Source: Macrostomum lignano (taxonomy: Eukaryota). From it: a DNA stretch of 43,721 bases. This document shows, piece by piece, positions 38,089 to 43,721 of this stretch. The translations under genes and the position numbers were made by a program. The notes beneath the pieces were generated by a model. It had not been told where the DNA came from. It did no database searches and saw only the letters and a program-made list of their open reading frames with translations. The stretch is taken from contig NIVC01001290.1 of NCBI GenBank assembly GCA_002269645.1, forward strand, positions 1-43,721, read 5' to 3'. Every line of letters begins with the position of its first letter. The stretch's first letter is position 1.

Positions 38089-39180
38089 GGAGGTGGAAGG
38101 TTGGGAGGTCTAACTTTAATTACTGACAGGGGTTGAGGGAGTTGCTGAAGTACATGTACGATGTACCTCGATTATCTTGAGCGTTGTTGGCCTGAGACCT
38201 ACGAGCTACTGAAATAAAGTGCAAGGCAAAAACTAGGACTTAGTCAACATTGCTCCCCTTTCAGAGCACCATATCCCTACGGAGCTAGATTTTCAGATCA
38301 ATTGTGTATAAACTCAATGAACTAAACACCACTCAAAAGTGCCCCTTTTGCTTTATTATTAAATGCCACGCAAGCTGCATTCAAAGCAAGGACTTCTAGA
38401 CTAGCAGGACGTAAAACTCAAAGATCGTGTAAATTTTTAGGAGGACGATTTCCTGGAAAAAATACACTGCGGAGATAGGAGCAAATCATTTTTTCATCAC
38501 AAAATCAATGATTGCATTTGATCTAAGGCAGCTAAGATAACCATTCTTTTTATTTAGCACGCACAACATGTTACTCTATTATATTTTAATGTAGTTGTGT
38601 CTTGAAAGTTTCATCTTCATATTATTTTCTTTTTATTTCATAAGCCCCAAGTTGCAAAATACTCACAAGTGGCATTAGCCGAACTTTGTATTTTTCCTTT
38701 TTAAAATCAAGTATATTTGCAATAAAAATGCTGCATTACGGTACTATTAAGCCATTATTGTAGGTATAATTCCATTTCAATGTAGTAACTATACTAATAG
38801 ACCTGTCTATGTAGTTAAATATATAAGGACAATATTTACAATATGCCCCCACCATTTTCATTTTTCTTGTTTTACCTAGGCCTCAAGTCTTTAGAAAGCT
38901 ATCAGTTTTTACCTGAAAGCCAGACAGAAAAAAATGGTTAGGGCCTAGGCCTAGTCACAAAAATGGGCACTAACCTTTTTTCTAGGTTTTTACACTTTTA
39001 ATTAGGCTTAGATTTTTAATTTTTTATTGCAAATTTGAATACACTATACTATATAAACTAGGCCTAGCACCCAGCTGGTTTAGGTTTACCTTCCTTGAAT
39101 TATATATTTTGTTGAATATAATACCTTTAAAATTGCAATTTTAATGGTATATTTCATATCATATTTGAATCATAGGCCTC

Positions 39181-39358
39181 ATACATGCGCAACCTTGGGA
39201 ATCACTCGGCCATTTCTATTGGCAACACAGAACACACACATGTAAGTTGCTATTGGATGGAATAGTAGTCACGTGATTGCTCTCAGCCAATAGCAACTTA
39301 TATATGTGTGTTGCCAATAGAAATGGCCGGGTGAATCCCTAGGTTGCACCCAAGCATG
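39181..39358. repeat. About 175-bp near-perfect palindrome, copy 1
   Basis: Arms gcaacc..ggccatttctattggcaacac..atgtaagttgctattgg / ccaatagcaactta..gtgttgccaatagaaatggcc..ggttgc around a 30-nt core. Confidence 0.92.
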
Positions 39359-41124
39359 ATAGGCCTAATTATTAGATTATTATGATAGGTCTTTTATTAT
39401 AAACTAAAAAATGGGTAATACAATACTGCATGCCCACATTTATCTTAACTTTAGCATTTATTTACTATTGAAACTAGGCCTAGGCCTTATTGCACTCATA
39501 AAGCTTTGAAACTAGGAATATTTAGGCCTATTCATTTTACTACCTTATATCTATTTATAAAACTAAGCTGGCTCTAATAATTGACAATGAAAATCTAGTT
39601 TTTAGTATTAATTTAAAATTTGTTTATTAATTTAGTTATCTATATTCAGTTTTAATTTTATTTTTTATAGGTAAATATGATTTTTTAATTAGTATTATTT
39701 AATAACTTAGATTTTGGCTATTAGGGTCTAATCCAAATACTAAATAGTACTTAGATGTCTAATTGTTACATTTTTATTCAATAATCTTTAATTTTACTAT
39801 AAGTATTTTGTACCAATATATTATCCTATCATCTATCTTAATAGATAGATAGTTATCATGCCAATTAAATTTTTGGTAGTAACTTACACTAGCAACCATT
39901 TTAGACAAAAGGCTGCAAAATCTAATCTTGTTAGATTTCAAACAGATTTCCTTATGATATAAATTATGTCTAGCATTGTATTTGACATACTTAATCCTTT
40001 GATCTTTCCAGTGCCTATCTGACTTCAGTGGAAATTTTTGCAAAGCATCAACCTGCTAAAATGCCATTGCACAAGATGATATACTTTTGGATACCAATTA
40101 AAGTGATCCACAAAGTGTCTTTCCTGACACCACAAGGTCTTCATTACATTTGACTTTAGCAAGTGAGTAAATTTTCTAAATGTTGTTTTTTTTAATATAT
40201 GGATAAGGGTTAGTAAAAAGCAAGGGTCAATGTGGTTGGGGCAAAAGATGATATATCCTTACCTTTTACATGGCTAGTTTCCCTAAATTTATGATGGCAT
40301 AGTTTGTAGCAAAATTTATGGTATAACCTTTTAGGAAAGTTCATTCCAATGAAAAGACAAAATTTCTCATTTTACCATTGCCCATACCTACCAACATTTT
40401 AGTGTGGTGGATGGACTCCAGCACTAGGCCTATTGCTCATCATTGCAGCACTCAAGTCAAAGTTTTGCATTTTTGGGCTTCCAACATCAACTAGAGCGAT
40501 AGTCTCAATTGGAGGCCATGGAAAGCAATCTCAAGCATGCTGGTAGAGCCTGGTGCCAACCTTGGAAAGAATTTGGAGCCCACCTGATTGTTAATCATTT
40601 TTCATCTGGCAGCTGCAACTGAGCATTGGAAATGGAATTCACTATATCTATAACTGGCCAGCGGGAACTGCACACTGAGAAGCAATGCCCATGTCCTTCA
40701 CCCCACATAACATTGAGGTCTCACTTTAGTGGTCTTAGCGATGTAGGATGCGATCTTCATAGACATGCCATTGAACCTGATCTGCTATGCCACATCTCAA
40801 GAAAGCTGACTAATGTTTTAAGGGTATAGTGCGGCAAGACTGAGTCTGATAGATAGTCCAATTTCAGCCACTGTAGGCCGACTGTGCAAAATTAATTGAA
40901 GCAAATAAGCTTCATGGTACTTGCTAATTTGCCAATTTTTTCTCTTTTTAAATACTGATATCTGCTTTTCTGTTTAGTTTAGCTACAAGTTGCGCAGCCA
41001 TTGGAGCTAAGGCCGCCCACGCATTGCCTGGATGTAGTGCTCCTCACTAACCCCGTGCATAAAACTCCACATGGCCATGACAATCCAACTGCACTGTTAG
41101 TTCCACAAAAAAATTCTATGCCGC

Positions 41125-41293
41125 ATACATGCGCAACCTGGGGAATCACTCGGCCGTTTCTATTGGCAACACACATGTAAGTCGCTATTGGCTGAGAATA
41201 GTCACGTGACTACTATTCCATCCAATAGCAACTTACATGTGTGTGTTGCCAATAGAAACGGCCGGGTGAATCCCTAGGTTGCGCCCAGGCATG
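41125..41293. repeat. About 170-bp near-perfect palindrome, copy 2
   Basis: Same family as 39181-39358, with the central core inverted. Confidence 0.92.
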
Positions 41294-43291
41294 CTATGCC
41301 TGGTAAACACTTAACACTACACTGCTGGTTATTATACTCATATTTCGACCTCCAAATTAAGCCAAGCCTTTACAGTATTTAAATTTACTTTTCTGATTTA
41401 CTTTTGATTTACTTCATAGATACAAGTACCATGTCATACAAAATATTTACTCAATTTTGCCCTTGCAGTTGCATATTATGAGCTGTGCATCTTTGTGCCT
41501 GGTTTATTTTTCCATTTCTGAAACATCAAACATTGCAAAAAACCAATTCAAAAACAAAGAACATTTTCTATTTTCTACATCAGTATGTATAAAGAATGTA
41601 TCTATACATTGCTCTTTTAATGTTTCAATGCACTGTATATATATTATAAATTACATCTTACATTCTTTGCAAGTCAAAACAGTTGAAAGTTCACATTTCA
41701 GATCTGTGAAACAAAATAAAATTCATTTGAAATGAAAAAAGTCTTGTCTTTTTTATTTACTAAGGTGAAAGAGAAGTTATTAACTTTGAGTTATTTATAA
41801 GAAAGACATCACCAGCAAAAATTAAGGTAGTGCCAATGAGTCTTGAAGTGCTAGTGTCAGCCAGCAAGCAGTTAAAGAACTGCAGTTGCTCATCTTGAAT
41901 GCAGTGCACAGTAGAATAGCCTCAAAGCTTGATGTTGTCTGGTTACTAGAGCACAGCAATCTTCTGTATGTTGACAACCAAACCAATTGCCAGCACAAAA
42001 CCAACCAGCCTGCCTAGCTTTTTGGGTGGCAGGCTAGGTCACTGAGTTGTGACAAGTGAGCAGGACATGGAATGCCATAATGCAATCATTAGGTTGATCA
42101 AACATGAAGCATTGGCCAATACACAGCTAGTAGATAAGCTCAGAATGTAGGCTGAAAATCAGGCAGTGGCAATTGAGGCTTGTTGCTGGCAGCTGAAACA
42201 AAATATGTTGAAATATAAAGAATTTAATTGTTCAGGGTTAATGCAAAAATAAATATTATCAAAGGTTGTCAATTGTATTTTAATATATAAGTCAACATAA
42301 AAAAAAAGCTAATACATAAGCAAAAGGTACAAAAATTCAATTAGAAGTTTTACTACTATATGATGTAAATTTTTAGCTAAAAAAGTAATTTAAACTTAAA
42401 ATAGTACACATATAAAACTATTTTAACAAATTCCTTTTTCTTAAACTATTATTTAACATTTACCTTTTCTAACGACTAATCTATTTATTTTGTTAATTAT
42501 TAATGCAAATATATTTCTTATTAACACATTTTAACCTATAAAACTTGCAATTTAATAATAATAATAATAATAATATTAAAAGTTAAATACTAAAAAAATC
42601 TAGAATATTTCTTTATAGATAGGCCTACTTAGTAAAAATGGTTAGAGCTTGTTTTTGTGCCTAGGTCTATATGACTATATTCTTGGTCCTATATATGCAG
42701 GTCTAGCTTAAAAAACTGATAGCTTTCTAAAGACTTGAGGCCTAGGTAAAACAAGAAAAATGAAAATGGTGGGGGCATATTGTAAATATTGTCCTTATAT
42801 ATTTAACTACATAGACAGGTCTATTAGTATAGTTACTACATTGAAATGGAATTATACCTACAATAATGGCTTAATAGTACTGTAATGCAGCATTTTTATT
42901 GCAAATATACTTGATTTTAAAAAGGAAAAATACAAAGTTCGGCTAATGCCACTTGTGAGTATTTTGCAACTTGGGGCTTATGAAATAAAAAGAAAATAAT
43001 ATGAAGATGAAACTTTCAAGACACAACTACATTAAAATATAATAGAGTAACATGTTGTGCGTGCTAAATAAAAAGAATGGTTATCTTAGCTGCCTTAGAT
43101 CAAATGCAATCATTGATTTTGTGATGAAAAATGATTTGCTCCTATCTCCGCAGTGTATTTTTCCAGGAAATCGTCCTCCTAAAAATTTACACGATCTTTG
43201 AGTTTTACGTCCTGCTAGTCTAGAAGTCCTTGATTCAAAGCCTCAAGCAGACCTATTCTGTACATGACGACGGATCCGGGCATTGCGACCC

Positions 43292-43513
43292 TAGAGCTAC
43301 TCGGATGCGAGATTAGAGCTACCAGGATGCGAGATTAGAGCTACCCAGGATGCGAGATTAGAGCTACCCAGGATGCGAGATTAGAGCTACCCAGGATGCG
43401 AGATTAGAGCTACCCAGGATGCGAGATTAGAGCTACCCAGGAATGCGAGATTAGAGCTACCCCAGGATGCGAGATTAGAGCTACCCAGGATGCGAGATTA
43501 GAGCTACCCAGGA
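43292..43513. repeat. Minisatellite, 23-bp unit (gagctacccaggatgcgagatta), about 9 copies
   Basis: Tandem array just outside the right TIR. Confidence 0.94.
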
Positions 43514-43721
43514 CGCAAATATACAACTGCGTGTAATCATGATACGCTTTTAAACTACTCAGGAATATGACTCATTTAAGCTACTCAAGTAGTAAGTATT
43601 TTATCTGTCTTTGCTTGCAAAAGAGCGTCTCTTTCATAACAAAACTGCCAGAGTGAGCGCAATGAGTGCAGCCTCGGTGAGAATAGAAGACTCATGGATT
43701 CCCATCCTCACCCAGTACGAG

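Larger units (their letters stand above)
38387..43232. mobile_element. 4846-bp non-autonomous DNA transposon with about 520-bp TIRs and 8-bp TSD (P- or hAT-superfamily-like ends)
   Basis: 38387-about 38910 (caaggacttctagactagcagg...gaaagctatcagttttt) is the near-exact reverse complement of about 42712-43232; TSD ATTCAAAG at 38379-38386 and 43233-43240; no intact ORF inside. Confidence 0.93.

Noticed and set aside
39774-40043. 89-aa - strand ORF inside the large TIR element as a transposase
   Set aside because: No DDE, THAP or other transposase motifs; low-complexity AT-rich sequence.

Overview
Eukaryotic (invertebrate animal) genomic DNA, not prokaryotic: GC-rich spliced exons are separated by introns packed with minisatellites. 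The style resembles the flatworm Macrostomum, but that is inference only. By manual splicing I can assemble four recognisable genes: HDHD5/CECR5-like HAD hydrolase (- strand, runs off the window start, 3' exons frameshifted), a TTLL-family tubulin ligase closest to TTLL10 (+, 7 exons), a complete PACC1/TMEM206 proton-activated chloride channel homolog (-, 6 exons, about 372 aa) and an atypical BIR-UBA-RING IAP-like E3 ligase (+). There are also two orphan spliced genes (-). Mobile DNA includes a full-length DD34D mariner with a frameshifted transposase, a deleted mariner derivative, hAT-like and TA-flanked MITEs, three RTE-type LINE 3' remnants, tRNA-derived SINEs, and a 4.85-kb element with about 520-bp TIRs and an 8-bp TSD that carries two palindromes with mutually inverted cores. 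No rRNA, bona fide tRNA or CRISPR array is supported. Protein identifications come from motifs and sequences recalled from memory, not from database searches.
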